Assembly: GCA_949290785.1 (NCBI GenBank)
Contig: CASETE010000011.1
Location: 5,893 to 69,892 of the forward strand
Direction of reading: 5' to 3'
DNA length: 64,000 nt
Origin: an uncultured Pseudomonadota bacterium
GTDB lineage: Bacteria; Pseudomonadota; Alphaproteobacteria; Rs-D84
Below, in pieces: positions 54,865 to 64,000 of this stretch; the stretch's first letter is position 1, and every line of letters starts with the position of its first letter. Under the pieces are notes generated by a model. The model worked only from the letters and a program-made list of their open reading frames with translations, had not been told where the DNA came from and ran no database searches. A program made the translations under genes and the position numbers.

Positions 54865-57033
54865 ATGTTATTTGGTTTGTTTAATAAAGATGAAAAAAAT
54901 CGCTTAAATAATCCCGTTGGCGTTGAAATAAAATACGGTGATGAAACGTTGCGCTTGGAAACTGGTCGCATGGCAAAACAGGCAAATGGTTCAGTGCTGG
55001 CCACGATGGGCGGGACAATGGTATTGGCAACTGTTTGTGCAGAAAAAACGGCAGTTGAAGGACAAGATTTCTTTCCGCTGACGGTTGATTATCAAGAAAA
55101 ATTTGCGTCTGCGGGACGTATTCCTGGTTCTCGGGATAGACGTGAAGGCAAGGCGTCTACGTCAGAAACGTTGATTGCACGTTTGATAGATAGACCTATT
55201 CGTCCATTGTTCCCAGAAACGTTTAAAAACAAAGTTCAAATCATCGCACAGGTTTTTTCGTATGATAAAAAGAATCAACCGGATATCTTGGCTATGATTG
55301 CATCAAGTGCTGCGTTGGCGTTGTCTGGTGTTCCTTTCGCGGGTCCTATTGGTGCGGCACGCGTTGGATATATGGACGGTAAATATATTTTGAATCCTTC
55401 AAAGAAAGAAACGGAAGAGTCCGAGATGGATTTGGTAGTTGCTGCAACCAAAGACGGTGTTTTGATGGTTGAATCTGAAATTGGTGAATTAGACGAAGCA
55501 ACTACATTGGGTGCTGTAAAATTTGGTTTTGATGCGCAGCAGGCAGTAATCAAGGCGATTAACGAATTAACAGAAAAAGCCGGTAAAGAACGTTGGGAAA
55601 CGCCTGAACATTCAGATGAATATGTTGCGATGCAAAAAGATTTTGAATCTTTTGCCAGCGATATAGAGTCAGCTTTGCAGATAAAAGAGAAATTGGTTCG
55701 TTTAGAAACGTTGGGCAATATACATGTTGCGGCTAAGGCTCGTATTCCAGAATTATTCCCAGAAACCGCCACCGCTACATCTACTTTGGAATCGTGGGCG
55801 GACGAGATTATAGAAGGTCTGACTGCACGTATTATGCGCGGCAACATATTGGCTGGCAAGCCTCGTATTGACGGCCGCGATAATAAAACAGTACGTCCGA
55901 TTGAAATAGAGTTGGGGGTATTACCGCGTGCACATGGTTCTGCGCTGTTTACGCGCGGTGAAACGCAGGCTTTGGTATCATTGACTTTGGGCGGTGGCAA
56001 AGATGCTTTACCAATTGAGTCCTTAGATGGTGCCGAAGAAAGAGATTTCATATTAAACTATAATTTCCCTGGATATTCTGTTGGCGAAGCCAAGGGGTTA
56101 AAATCACCTGGGCGCCGTGAAATAGGTCATGGAAACTTGGCTTGGCGTGCAGTGCATCCAATGGTGCCAAGTCGTAGTGAATTTGATTATGTTATCCGTG
56201 TGGTGTCTGATATTTTGGAATCAAACGGTTCTTCGTCAATGGCAACGACTTGTGGTGCTACATTGGCAATGATGGACGGTGGCGTACCATTAAAGCGTCC
56301 CGTTGCAGGTATCGCAATGGGTTTAATCAAAGAAGGCGATGATTATGCCATCTTAACGGATATCTTAGGCGATGAAGACCATCTTGGTGATATGGACTTT
56401 AAGGTAACCGGAACGAAAGAGGGCATCACTGCCTTGCAAATGGACATAAAAATAACGTCTATTACGTTTGAAATTATGGAAAAGGCGTTGGCGCAGGCGA
56501 AAGACGGTCGCATGCATATATTAGGCAAGATTGAAAAAGCAATCAAAGCCCCACGCAAGCATGTGTCTGAATTTGCCCCACAGGCCTATTCTATGAAAAT
56601 CAATCCGGATAAAGTTCGTGACGTTATCGGCAAAGGCGGTGCCGTGATACAGGCACTGACCCGTGAAACAAATACCCAGATTGATTTAGAAGATGATGGC
56701 TCTATCAAAATCATGGCAACGGCCAAAGAAGATGCAGACGAAGCAATCAGACGTATAAAAGAGATTGTTGCAGAGCCAGAAGTTGGCATGATTTATGAAG
56801 GTACTGTATCTGGGGTAAAAGATTTTGGATTGTTTGTAAAAATCTTGAACGGTTTTGAGTCAATGGTTCATATCTCTGAAATCACGGGTGAAAGACTGGC
56901 CAAGATTACAGACGCTAAAATAAAAGAAGGCGACAAAGTATTTGTAAAATACCTTGGCGCGGATAAACGTGGAAAAACGCGTATGTCTATGGTCGGTATT
57001 GATCAAAAGACAGGCAAAGAAATAGAAAAATAA
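54865..57033 (+). CDS. pnp: Polyribonucleotide nucleotidyltransferase (PNPase)
   Basis: Two RNase PH domains, KH (VIGKGGAVI) and S1 domains; 722 aa; terminator GTCACCCCGTG-TTTATA-TGGGGTGAC-T5 at ~57036-57070. Confidence 0.9.
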   Translation: MLFGLFNKDEKNRLNNPVGVEIKYGDETLRLETGRMAKQANGSVLATMGGTMVLATVCAEKTAVEGQDFFPLTVDYQEKFASAGRIPGSRDRREGKASTSETLIARLIDRPIRPLFPETFKNKVQIIAQVFSYDKKNQPDILAMIASSAALALSGVPFAGPIGAARVGYMDGKYILNPSKKETEESEMDLVVAATKDGVLMVESEIGELDEATTLGAVKFGFDAQQAVIKAINELTEKAGKERWETPEHSDEYVAMQKDFESFASDIESALQIKEKLVRLETLGNIHVAAKARIPELFPETATATSTLESWADEIIEGLTARIMRGNILAGKPRIDGRDNKTVRPIEIELGVLPRAHGSALFTRGETQALVSLTLGGGKDALPIESLDGAEERDFILNYNFPGYSVGEAKGLKSPGRREIGHGNLAWRAVHPMVPSRSEFDYVIRVVSDILESNGSSSMATTCGATLAMMDGGVPLKRPVAGIAMGLIKEGDDYAILTDILGDEDHLGDMDFKVTGTKEGITALQMDIKITSITFEIMEKALAQAKDGRMHILGKIEKAIKAPRKHVSEFAPQAYSMKINPDKVRDVIGKGGAVIQALTRETNTQIDLEDDGSIKIMATAKEDADEAIRRIKEIVAEPEVGMIYEGTVSGVKDFGLFVKILNGFESMVHISEITGERLAKITDAKIKEGDKVFVKYLGADKRGKTRMSMVGIDQKTGKEIEK

Positions 57034-57088
57034 TAAGTTGTCACCCCGTGTTTATATGGGGTGACCGACTTTTTATTAAGGAGAGAAA

Positions 57089-57389
57089 TATGGATATGGA
57101 AGCTTTATTGGCCCAAGCAAATGCTCTGCAGAGCAAAGTTAACGATGCACAAGAAAAGTTAGATAAAATGCACGTAAAAGGAATTTCCGGAAAAGGTGCC
57201 TGCATTATTGACATGACTGGTAAGTATGATTTAGTTGATGTAAAAATCAGCGAAGATGCTTTGGCTTATGGTGCAGACAAAGTTGCAGAGCTGGTATCGT
57301 TGGCTTATCGTGATGCCAAGGCAAAGGCAGACGAGTTAATAGACAAGGTTATGGGGGAAGCGACAGCGGGCGTTCCAATGCCAGAATAA
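57089..57389 (+). CDS. ybaB: Nucleoid-associated protein YbaB/EbfC
   Basis: MDMEALLAQANALQSKVNDAQEKL..V.GISGKGACIIDMTGKYDLVDVKISEDAL..D.E.L.DLV; SD AGGAGAG; ~100 aa. Confidence 0.8.
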
Positions 57390-57426
57390 AAAACTGGACA
57401 AGTGGGAAAAAATGGTTTATTATAAT

Positions 57427-57503
57427 CGCGCTGTTTCGGATGTTTAGCTCAGTTGATTAGAGCATCTCGTTTACACCGAGAGGGTCGGGGGTTTGAGTCC
57501 CTC
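57427..57503 (+). tRNA. tRNA-Val (anticodon UAC)
   Basis: GGATGTTTAGCTCAGTTGATTAGAGCATCTCGTTTACACCGAGAGGGTCGGGGGTTTGAGTCCCTCAACATCCACCA; encoded CCA. Confidence 0.85.
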
Positions 57504-57748
57504 AACATCCACCAAAAAATACAATCGCCGAATGGCGATTTTATTTTTTGCATGGGGATGTGGGACGAAAACCCCCGAAGTAAGGGGTTTGAACCGCAGA
57601 CGAGAGGCAGACGGCAGTATGCCGGTTCATGCGCAGCATGAACGAGTCAAGGTCGGCGAAGCCAATCCCTCAACATCCACCAAAAAATACAATCGCCGAA
57701 TGGCGATTTTATTTTTTGCATGGGGATGTGGGACGAAAACCCCCGAAT
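57487..57748 (+). repeat. Direct repeat (two ~95 bp copies 168 bp apart) comprising the last 17 nt of tRNA-Val(UAC) (TCCCTCAACATCCACCA), an intrinsic terminator (AATCGCC-GAAT-GGCGATT-T6) and a second hairpin (AAACCCCC-GAAGTAA-GGGGGTTT); separated by a 72 bp GC-rich segment
   Basis: Copies at 57487-57582 and 57655-57748 differ by a single indel. The second copy is preceded by GGTCGG, echoing the tRNA variable/T-stem region. Confidence 0.7.
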
Positions 57749-57892
57749 AAGGGGTTTGACAATGACTAGGCGAGATAAGCGTCAAGCATAATCGAGCCGT
57801 CAGGAATGCCCCGCAGCCGGCGTGACAACGCCGTGCGAGGGAACCGCACCGCATAAATACGCCCAAACGGGCGATTTTTATAAATATGATTT

Positions 57893-59545
57893 TTAACGGT
57901 TACGCGGTTTTCCTCTGTGTAAAAATTTAATAAGGTTTATTTTTTCAGTAATTTCAAATAGTTTTTTATAATAATTTTTCCGGTCTAACCCATTAATTAT
58001 GTTTTGTGAATTTTCCTGCGCATTCTGCTGTTTTGCATTTACTGCGGTATTCATCATAGTTTTTTTTGATATTTTGGTATTATTTTCTAAAAAGTTTTCA
58101 CCATAACTTTGTAAATTTGGCGCATAAAATTTATATAAAATTTTATTCTTGTACATAAAATTATTTTTTATATTTTGTAAACGCGGCGCATACAAAACAT
58201 CAAGGCTTTCGTTATAAAACAAAGCGTCGTTACCGAATGATTCAATTTTGTCTACGCGTAAATATTTAAGGCATTTGTTACAATACAAGAACGCATCGTC
58301 TGCAGATTGCAATTCGTTTAATTCCAATTGTTTTACCTTTTTATTACTTGCCATAAAGTTATATCCGACTTTTTGCAGTTTATCCGCTTTAAATTCGTAA
58401 ATATTTTTATTATGAGATACAAAATTGTTACCGACATGTTTTAAGTTGGCTAGGTGTAATTTTGTTAACCCGAGATTTTTATATAAAAAGTTATCGTCTA
58501 CGGATTCCAGGTTGTCCGCGTTGAAAGAAGACAAGTTAATATTATTTTGTAAAAATAGCGGACCAATTTCTTTTGTATTCGGCAGATTTAAAGCGATAAC
58601 GATTCCTTTTTGTGTTGTTATAACGGGCACGTCGTTCGCAAATAAAGTGACGGTATCGTCAGATTCATTGCGTTGCATACGTAGGGCTTTATCTTTTATT
58701 TCTTTGTTTATGACATTGATAAAACTGTCTTTGAAAACAAGATTATATGGTATATTAAATTTTTTGCATGCAATATTCTCAATATCTGAAAACTGTTTAG
58801 TTGTTATATCAAAAAGGAAATAATCTGCAATAAATTGTGTTTCTTTGTTTATGTCTTGTATTTGATTGTTGTAGACCCAAAAGTCAGGTCCTGAAAGTAT
58901 GCCGTAAAGATTATAATTAAATTTGACGATTTGACCGTTTACTGTTTTAAATCGCTCTGATGGTAATAAATTAGCATTATTACGCATCGGTATATTAAAA
59001 TATTTATGCAGGGAAGCCAACAGCCCCGGAATGATATTATCTGCAAACTTAATGGTATTACCATAACGATTATTAATATAAATATAGTTATTTGACTTGT
59101 CTATTTGTATAGATAATACAGATAGTCCATATTTGTCATATGGTTGCGGGGTTATAAAGTCTGCACGATTTAGTCTTTCTGCTTTGTCGTTTACTGCGTT
59201 AATAATATGATAGTCTTTATATTTATCGTTTTTTTTGAAAATGCCAAGTTCTTCTGATTTTGTAAAGTATTTTTGTATATAATTTTGTGTTTCTGGAGAA
59301 TCGGCATAAACTGCTTTGTATCCTGCTGATTGTAATAATTCAAAAGGCGACTTTTTTGCCAATTGTTCATCTATGCAAGATTTTTTTATGCTTTCTAAAT
59401 ATAGTAATATTGGTTTTGCGTCGTGTCCGGCATATTTTACTATTTTATCTAAATTTGGGATATTAAAAATACCGTTATCATAATCTTGAATGGAATCGAC
59501 AAACTCTTTGCCGTTTTGTTTTTTTATTATACTAAACATAGACAT
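57893..59545 (-). CDS. BspA-type leucine-rich-repeat protein (7 x ~22 aa repeats L..IG.NFL..N..L.......) with ~330 aa N-terminal domain of unknown function; no signal peptide; basic C-terminal tail
   Basis: Repeats ANLKHVGNNFVSHNKNIYEFKA / DKLQKVGYNFMASNKKVKQLEL / DKIESFGNDALFYNESLDVLYA / PRLQNIKNNFMYKNKILYKFYA etc. C-terminus ..KFLHRGKPRNR. Confidence 0.55.
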   Translation of the reverse strand: MSMFSIIKKQNGKEFVDSIQDYDNGIFNIPNLDKIVKYAGHDAKPILLYLESIKKSCIDEQLAKKSPFELLQSAGYKAVYADSPETQNYIQKYFTKSEELGIFKKNDKYKDYHIINAVNDKAERLNRADFITPQPYDKYGLSVLSIQIDKSNNYIYINNRYGNTIKFADNIIPGLLASLHKYFNIPMRNNANLLPSERFKTVNGQIVKFNYNLYGILSGPDFWVYNNQIQDINKETQFIADYFLFDITTKQFSDIENIACKKFNIPYNLVFKDSFINVINKEIKDKALRMQRNESDDTVTLFANDVPVITTQKGIVIALNLPNTKEIGPLFLQNNINLSSFNADNLESVDDNFLYKNLGLTKLHLANLKHVGNNFVSHNKNIYEFKADKLQKVGYNFMASNKKVKQLELNELQSADDAFLYCNKCLKYLRVDKIESFGNDALFYNESLDVLYAPRLQNIKNNFMYKNKILYKFYAPNLQSYGENFLENNTKISKKTMMNTAVNAKQQNAQENSQNIINGLDRKNYYKKLFEITEKINLIKFLHRGKPRNR

Positions 59546-59765
59546 TTTTTACCTCGCTATAAAAATAAACGAAAATTAAAAAATGTCAATTCATTATAGG
59601 AATTTTTGCATTTTAATAATTCAGAAATTTTTTATGTATATTCCGGGGTACAGTTAAATAGTTTTTTATATAGTATTGCAACAACCGCATGTTTATAATA
59701 AATCTGGAAAAAGAGGGCAGAATAAAGGCACAGAATAAAGCAAAACCCGCAAATGCGGGTTTTTA

Positions 59766-60020
59766 TTATTTTTGCTTTTGTTGCCAGCATATGGCGGCAT
59801 TTATATATTGTTTTGCACGATTTATATCAAATGTTTTTGTCCCTGGTGTTTTTAATTTCCCTTCTGCATCTATCCATATATCTGTGCGATTACCCGCAAC
59901 TTTTGCAATTTTATCAAGGTTTTGTATCACGTTTTCTGATGATATGCGTAATAAATCTATTGCTTTATTTACAGGTATATCTTCCCTGATGTCTGAACAG
60001 GTTATATAGCGTAATTGCAT
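59766..60020 (-). CDS. Hypothetical small protein (84 aa) downstream of rlmN, likely co-transcribed
   Basis: ATG 3 nt after the rlmN stop; followed by bidirectional terminator AAACCCGCAAATGCGGGTTT at ~59741-59765; no recognised domain. Confidence 0.3.
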   Translation of the reverse strand: MQLRYITCSDIREDIPVNKAIDLLRISSENVIQNLDKIAKVAGNRTDIWIDAEGKLKTPGTKTFDINRAKQYINAAICWQQKQK

Positions 60021-60022
60021 GT

Positions 60023-61123
60023 TTATTTCTTTTTGTTGTTCAGACGCAATTGCCCACAAGCACTCCCTATATCCTGCCCGCGTTCGCGTCTTATTCTGGT
60101 GTGTATTCCGTTTTTGATAAGAATGTCTTGAAATCTATGAACTGCATTTCCAGAAGGTGCGGCGAAATCACGTTCATCAACCGCATTCCATGGTATTAAG
60201 TTTACCATACAGTTTTTGCCTTTTAGTAAGGCGGATAATTTTTCTGCATATTCTGGTGTGCAGTTAAATAACTCTGTTTCGCCTTTATCGTTCTTTTTGC
60301 CAAGTAATATGTATTCTATCATCAGTTGACGGTTGTGCAGGTCTGAAAATTCAAAAGCGGCGTCCAAAACTTCAGACAATTTGTATTTGTTATTAATTGG
60401 CATAATCTGACTGCGTAATTCGTCTGTTGGCGCATGCAGGGATATTGCAAGGTTTATCGGTCTGCCCCAAGCAGTTAAATCTTTAATTCCTGGTACAATT
60501 CCGCAAGTAGAAACTGTAATTTTTCGCCAACTGATACCCATATCTTTATTTGCGCGTTCTATAAATCCGATAACGTTTTCTGTATTTTGTAATGGCTCAC
60601 CAGTTCCCATAACAACTATATGAGAAACATCATCGTTATTAGCGTCGCCGTTCGGATGTATATGTTTGTCAGAAAATTTGTCTGAGCGCAGTTCCCATTG
60701 CGCGACCAGAATCTGAGAGAAAATTTCGTTTACGGTCAAATTTCTTTTCAAACCTAACAAGGTACTTGCGCAGAACCTGCAGCCCATTGCGCATCCCGCC
60801 TGAGAACTGACGCAGACACTGTTGCCGTAACTTGTTCGCATCAGGACGCATTCTATTTGCTCACAGTCACTCAGTTCCAGCAAGAATTTAGTTGTTTGAT
60901 TATCAGAAGACTCCAATTTTTTTACGATTTTTACCGGCAGCGTCTGAGCTGATTCGTCTAAATCATGACGCAATTTTTCGGGCAAGTTTTTCATAGACCC
61001 AAAGTCTGGTGCGCCGCGTAATAGCCATTCACGAATTTGCTTCGCGCGAAACTTGGGCTGACCTAACTTTTGAATGAAATCCGTTAATTCCGCATCTGAA
61101 AAATTAAATAATATCGGCTTCAT
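60023..61123 (-). CDS. rlmN: Dual-specificity RNA methyltransferase RlmN (radical SAM)
   Basis: Radical SAM CxxxCxxC in VSSQAGCAMGCRFCAS plus downstream conserved Cys; 366 aa. Confidence 0.9.
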   Translation of the reverse strand: MKPILFNFSDAELTDFIQKLGQPKFRAKQIREWLLRGAPDFGSMKNLPEKLRHDLDESAQTLPVKIVKKLESSDNQTTKFLLELSDCEQIECVLMRTSYGNSVCVSSQAGCAMGCRFCASTLLGLKRNLTVNEIFSQILVAQWELRSDKFSDKHIHPNGDANNDDVSHIVVMGTGEPLQNTENVIGFIERANKDMGISWRKITVSTCGIVPGIKDLTAWGRPINLAISLHAPTDELRSQIMPINNKYKLSEVLDAAFEFSDLHNRQLMIEYILLGKKNDKGETELFNCTPEYAEKLSALLKGKNCMVNLIPWNAVDERDFAAPSGNAVHRFQDILIKNGIHTRIRRERGQDIGSACGQLRLNNKKK

Positions 61124-61941
61124 AATTTATACCTGTCGTCATTTATCACGATAACAGCCTTGCGTCGCAGTTGCTTTAATTGTTGGTCAGCCACAAACAT
61201 CGCCTGTTTGTACATCGCGTTTTGTTTGATTATATCGTCCAGTTTTCCGTATTCTGCAGTTTTCTTTGAACTACATACCAACAAAACCGATTTATCTACA
61301 ACCGGCGACCACGTTAATTTAGGCAGATTAATAACGCGTTCACGAATGTCTGCCGATAACTCATATTGCAGGGCAGTAAACTTTTGTGGGACCCCGCCTA
61401 AATCTTCGGCAATTTTTATTGCGTCGTCGCAGTTTTTAGGTTTGGTTAGTTTTGTTGCTACTTCTGCTGGAACGTCAACAAGTCTGACAATAGTCATTTC
61501 TATGGGCAGACCGTGTTCTTTTGCCAATTCGGCCTTTTCCGATGCAATTTCTTCTTTTGATACTTCTATTGTTGGCAAAACGGTTCTTGCAACTATTATT
61601 TGCCATGCAATTTCTGCTTTTAAGGCGGAACGCGCCATTGCTTTTTCAGACGCTGATAATTCGCCTAAATTCATTTTCTTTAATTCTTTTTCAACGTCTT
61701 TGTCATCAGGTACTGCGCCAAAATTAGATGCGTAGGCAAGTTTTACATTGTCATCTATTATGTTTTGCAGTGCTTGTCTACGATTGTCCGTAGAGGTTTG
61801 TCCTTGGCGCGCCATAAGCGTTGTACGTGCGGTGATGTCGGTGTCTGTTATAGGCTTGCCATTAACGCTGGCTACGACGCTGGCACCAAAAGCAGGTAAT
61901 ACAAACAAACAAGACGTCATTATAAAAAATATTTTTTTCAT
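61120..61941 (-). CDS. SurA N-terminal-domain periplasmic chaperone-like protein (no obvious parvulin domain)
   Basis: Signal peptide, helical SurA_N-like region, located immediately downstream of lptD as surA is in the lptD-surA operon; 273 aa. Confidence 0.5.
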   Translation of the reverse strand: MKKIFFIMTSCLFVLPAFGASVVASVNGKPITDTDITARTTLMARQGQTSTDNRRQALQNIIDDNVKLAYASNFGAVPDDKDVEKELKKMNLGELSASEKAMARSALKAEIAWQIIVARTVLPTIEVSKEEIASEKAELAKEHGLPIEMTIVRLVDVPAEVATKLTKPKNCDDAIKIAEDLGGVPQKFTALQYELSADIRERVINLPKLTWSPVVDKSVLLVCSSKKTAEYGKLDDIIKQNAMYKQAMFVADQQLKQLRRKAVIVINDDRYKL

Positions 61942-61952
61942 CTCTCTTTCCT

Positions 61953-63968
61953 TTAATATCTTTGACCATCAATGCTCATACCAAATCGGAATTGAAACGT
62001 TGTTGTACCGACATAGTCTTCTTTTATTGCGTTATCACGGCGATACTCCAAAGACAAATAGTAACAAGGGTGTGTATAAAATATCCCGCCGGCATGTCTT
62101 TGAAATTGATCATATGTGACGTTATATATAGAATTAAAGCGCAATGACCAACGGTTTGTCAATTGGATACCAAACCCGCCGGCAATTTCGTTGATGTTGT
62201 CCCCAATTGTATATGCGTCAATGAATTGTTGAGACCATATATGACCAATGTTTATGAAGTTTTTGGATGTACCGATAACAGCGCTTGTTTCGATATGATT
62301 TAAAGACAAGTCAGATTGAGATAATCTGAATCTGCTGGATAGGTCAATCCACTTCATATTATCATATTCAATGCGACCGACGTAATCAGAAGCCCCGTTA
62401 TGAAATCCGCTGTTAGGGTCTGTTGCTGCGCGGTCTTTGAAATCGTATGTTTGCCCCAAAAATACTTCAAAGGTTTGCCCGTCTTCGTTATTAAACGCTG
62501 CCCAACGCATACCATAGTCTGCATAGGTGCCGTTTTCCCACAGGTCTAACCCTGCAAATCTGTTATTTGAAAACAGTGTTGTATCAGATAACAAAGCGCC
62601 CGCCGAATCGCTGTTAAGGCCGAATTGGTCTTCGTCAGTTTGACGCATAACGGTCAGTCTTGCACGTGGCTCTATTATCTGTGTCCATTTGCTTGTTGGT
62701 TTGAATAGCGGCAGTCCCCATTCAACATATCCACTGGGCAAGAATCTGTCTTTTAGACCCGAAAAACTTTCATAATCAATCATCTCTGTGTTATTAAAGT
62801 TATATATATCATATCTAGCTGATAAACTGGCCGTAATTCGGTTCCCTCCCCACAAAGTCCAAGGTGATGTTATTCTTGCGTCTCCAATCAATCGTTGAGA
62901 CGCGGTTCCGTCACCAGATATACCCAGAATGTCTGTGCTGAATGTTGCATAAGTTTCTTTGAATATAGGGGCTGTTTGATAAACGCCGCGAATGTTTGGT
63001 AAAATATTACCGGACGGTGTAGAATAATTTCCCCTTGTACTACGCAGTTCTTGGAAGATATGTGTATCTGCAACAATATAACTGGATTGACCGAACAGTT
63101 CCAAGGTTGCCCCAGAATCCAAGTAGGGTTGGTCGTCATAAAAACCGTACTTTTGTAAATACGTCTTGTCTGATGCCCTTTCTATAAATACAGTTGCACG
63201 TGCGTATTCGCCCAGTTCTATAACATCATTGTTAAATATGTGCCAACGGTTTTCACCTTCACGATTATGGGTAAATGAACCGTGCGTTCTGTATTCAGAA
63301 TGTGACATATTTAACCTGTGTTCTAATTTGAATAATGGGTTTTCTTTGGTTAAATAAGACGTTGTAAATGTTATATCGTGCGTATCTGATATCGCGATAT
63401 ACAAAGGTATGTTGATTTGTGTGCCCATGTTATTGGTGGATTCAAAGTCGGGCGTTAAAAATCCGGTTTTATGCTTTATACCAGGGTCGGGCATCTCAAA
63501 AAAAGGCAGCCAAAATACAGGGATGTCATAAGTCCACAATACAGGACTGTAAAAACGTAACATTCTGTCGTCCATATCGTGCACGATTTTTTTTGTAGAA
63601 ATCTTCCATGCGTCTCCATATGCGTCACAGTCATCACAGGCTGTAAAGGTGGCTTGGTATGCGATTGTATCTGGGCCTTCGCGGGTTATTTTGTCTGATT
63701 CAATATATACATGGTTACCTAGCCACAGTTTTATATCATCACCCGATAAACTTTCGCCGTTTTCAGATAAATAAGAATCAGTTAATGTCATTCTCTGACC
63801 AGATTGATTAACTATTTCCGTTTCGCCAGATGTTTTGATTGTTTTGTTCTGTACGTCATATTCTATTTTATCTGCGTTTATTGTTTTAGGCGTGTTGACA
63901 TCAATTGACGCACTGTAAGCCGGCGCGGTAAACAAGCATAAAATTAAAAATAGGTTTATTTTCTTCAT
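61953..63968 (-). CDS. lptD: LPS-assembly outer-membrane protein LptD (OstA)
   Basis: Signal peptide, OstA-like N-terminal jellyroll (..ADKIEYDVQNKTIKTSGETEIV..), long beta-barrel region, paired Cys (CDDCD); 671 aa. Confidence 0.75.
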   Translation of the reverse strand: MKKINLFLILCLFTAPAYSASIDVNTPKTINADKIEYDVQNKTIKTSGETEIVNQSGQRMTLTDSYLSENGESLSGDDIKLWLGNHVYIESDKITREGPDTIAYQATFTACDDCDAYGDAWKISTKKIVHDMDDRMLRFYSPVLWTYDIPVFWLPFFEMPDPGIKHKTGFLTPDFESTNNMGTQINIPLYIAISDTHDITFTTSYLTKENPLFKLEHRLNMSHSEYRTHGSFTHNREGENRWHIFNNDVIELGEYARATVFIERASDKTYLQKYGFYDDQPYLDSGATLELFGQSSYIVADTHIFQELRSTRGNYSTPSGNILPNIRGVYQTAPIFKETYATFSTDILGISGDGTASQRLIGDARITSPWTLWGGNRITASLSARYDIYNFNNTEMIDYESFSGLKDRFLPSGYVEWGLPLFKPTSKWTQIIEPRARLTVMRQTDEDQFGLNSDSAGALLSDTTLFSNNRFAGLDLWENGTYADYGMRWAAFNNEDGQTFEVFLGQTYDFKDRAATDPNSGFHNGASDYVGRIEYDNMKWIDLSSRFRLSQSDLSLNHIETSAVIGTSKNFINIGHIWSQQFIDAYTIGDNINEIAGGFGIQLTNRWSLRFNSIYNVTYDQFQRHAGGIFYTHPCYYLSLEYRRDNAIKEDYVGTTTFQFRFGMSIDGQRY

Positions 63969-64000
63969 TTTTTACATAATACAAATAATATACCGACCAA

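Noticed and set aside
57453-57750. ORFs 57453-57641 (+) and 57493-57750 (+) from the ORF track
   Set aside because: They run through tRNA-Val(UAC) and the direct repeat; the repeated peptide (STSTKKYNRRMAILFFAWGCGTKTPE twice) is just the DNA duplication translated.
57427-59545. Looked for an integrase, excisionase or phage genes that would make the tRNA-Val(UAC) duplication a bona fide genomic island
   Set aside because: None found between the repeat copies or next to the LRR gene. Only a scar or decayed island, or a simple slippage duplication, can be argued.

Overview
This 64 kb window looks like a gene-dense, low-GC alphaproteobacterial chromosome segment, probably from a Rickettsiales/Holosporales-like intracellular symbiont; I infer this from the gene content and AT richness without a database search.

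Most of it is housekeeping: a type IV secretion virB3-virB4 pair at the left edge (virB4 runs off the window), a C-minus bL36 paralog, ychF, a GT8 glycosyltransferase, dnaG, topA, rodA-mrdA-mreD-mreC, rpmI-rplT-pheS-pheT, nth, ileS, mnmG, fabG-fabD, queH-metG, mreB, rnpA-yidD, accB-accC, sspB-like, recF, a TolC/MacA/MacB-type efflux operon, gpsA, a TPR protein, rsmG-parA-parB, pal, a UDG-family protein, infC (AUU start), xseB-mutS, truB-rpsO-pnp, ybaB, rlmN, surA-like and lptD. There are five tRNA genes (Thr-CGU, Val-GAC, Cys-GCA, Val-UAC) plus a truncated tRNA-Val copy.

The unexplained material is concentrated in a few spots:
- Next to tRNA-Val(GAC) at 30.07-31.8 kb: three tandem ~240 bp units, each with a near-consensus sigma70 promoter, a ~170 nt highly structured RNA with compensatory stem changes between copies, and an intrinsic terminator. 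They are followed by a 62 aa XRE-like HTH gene, a GIY-YIG nuclease gene and a GC-rich MITE with 24 bp terminal inverted repeats.
- All three aminoacyl-tRNA synthetase genes in the window (ileS, metG, pheS) are preceded by an intrinsic terminator plus a tiny ORF rich in the cognate codons (MKLTSIIIIK, MMRMYN, fMFYFV). This fits leader-peptide transcription attenuation.
- At tRNA-Val(UAC), 57.4-59.5 kb: the tRNA 3' end plus ~80 bp is directly duplicated, there are GC-rich structured islands, and an adjacent 550 aa BspA-type LRR protein has a basic C-terminus (candidate T4SS effector).
- Two pairs of tandem paralogous unknown genes: small TM/CxCC proteins at 19.1-19.7 kb, and 167/168 aa proteins next to a P-loop NTPase at 51.8-53.4 kb.

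No CRISPR array, IS transposase, integrase or rRNA was seen. Hand-counted coordinates may be off by 1-2 nt.
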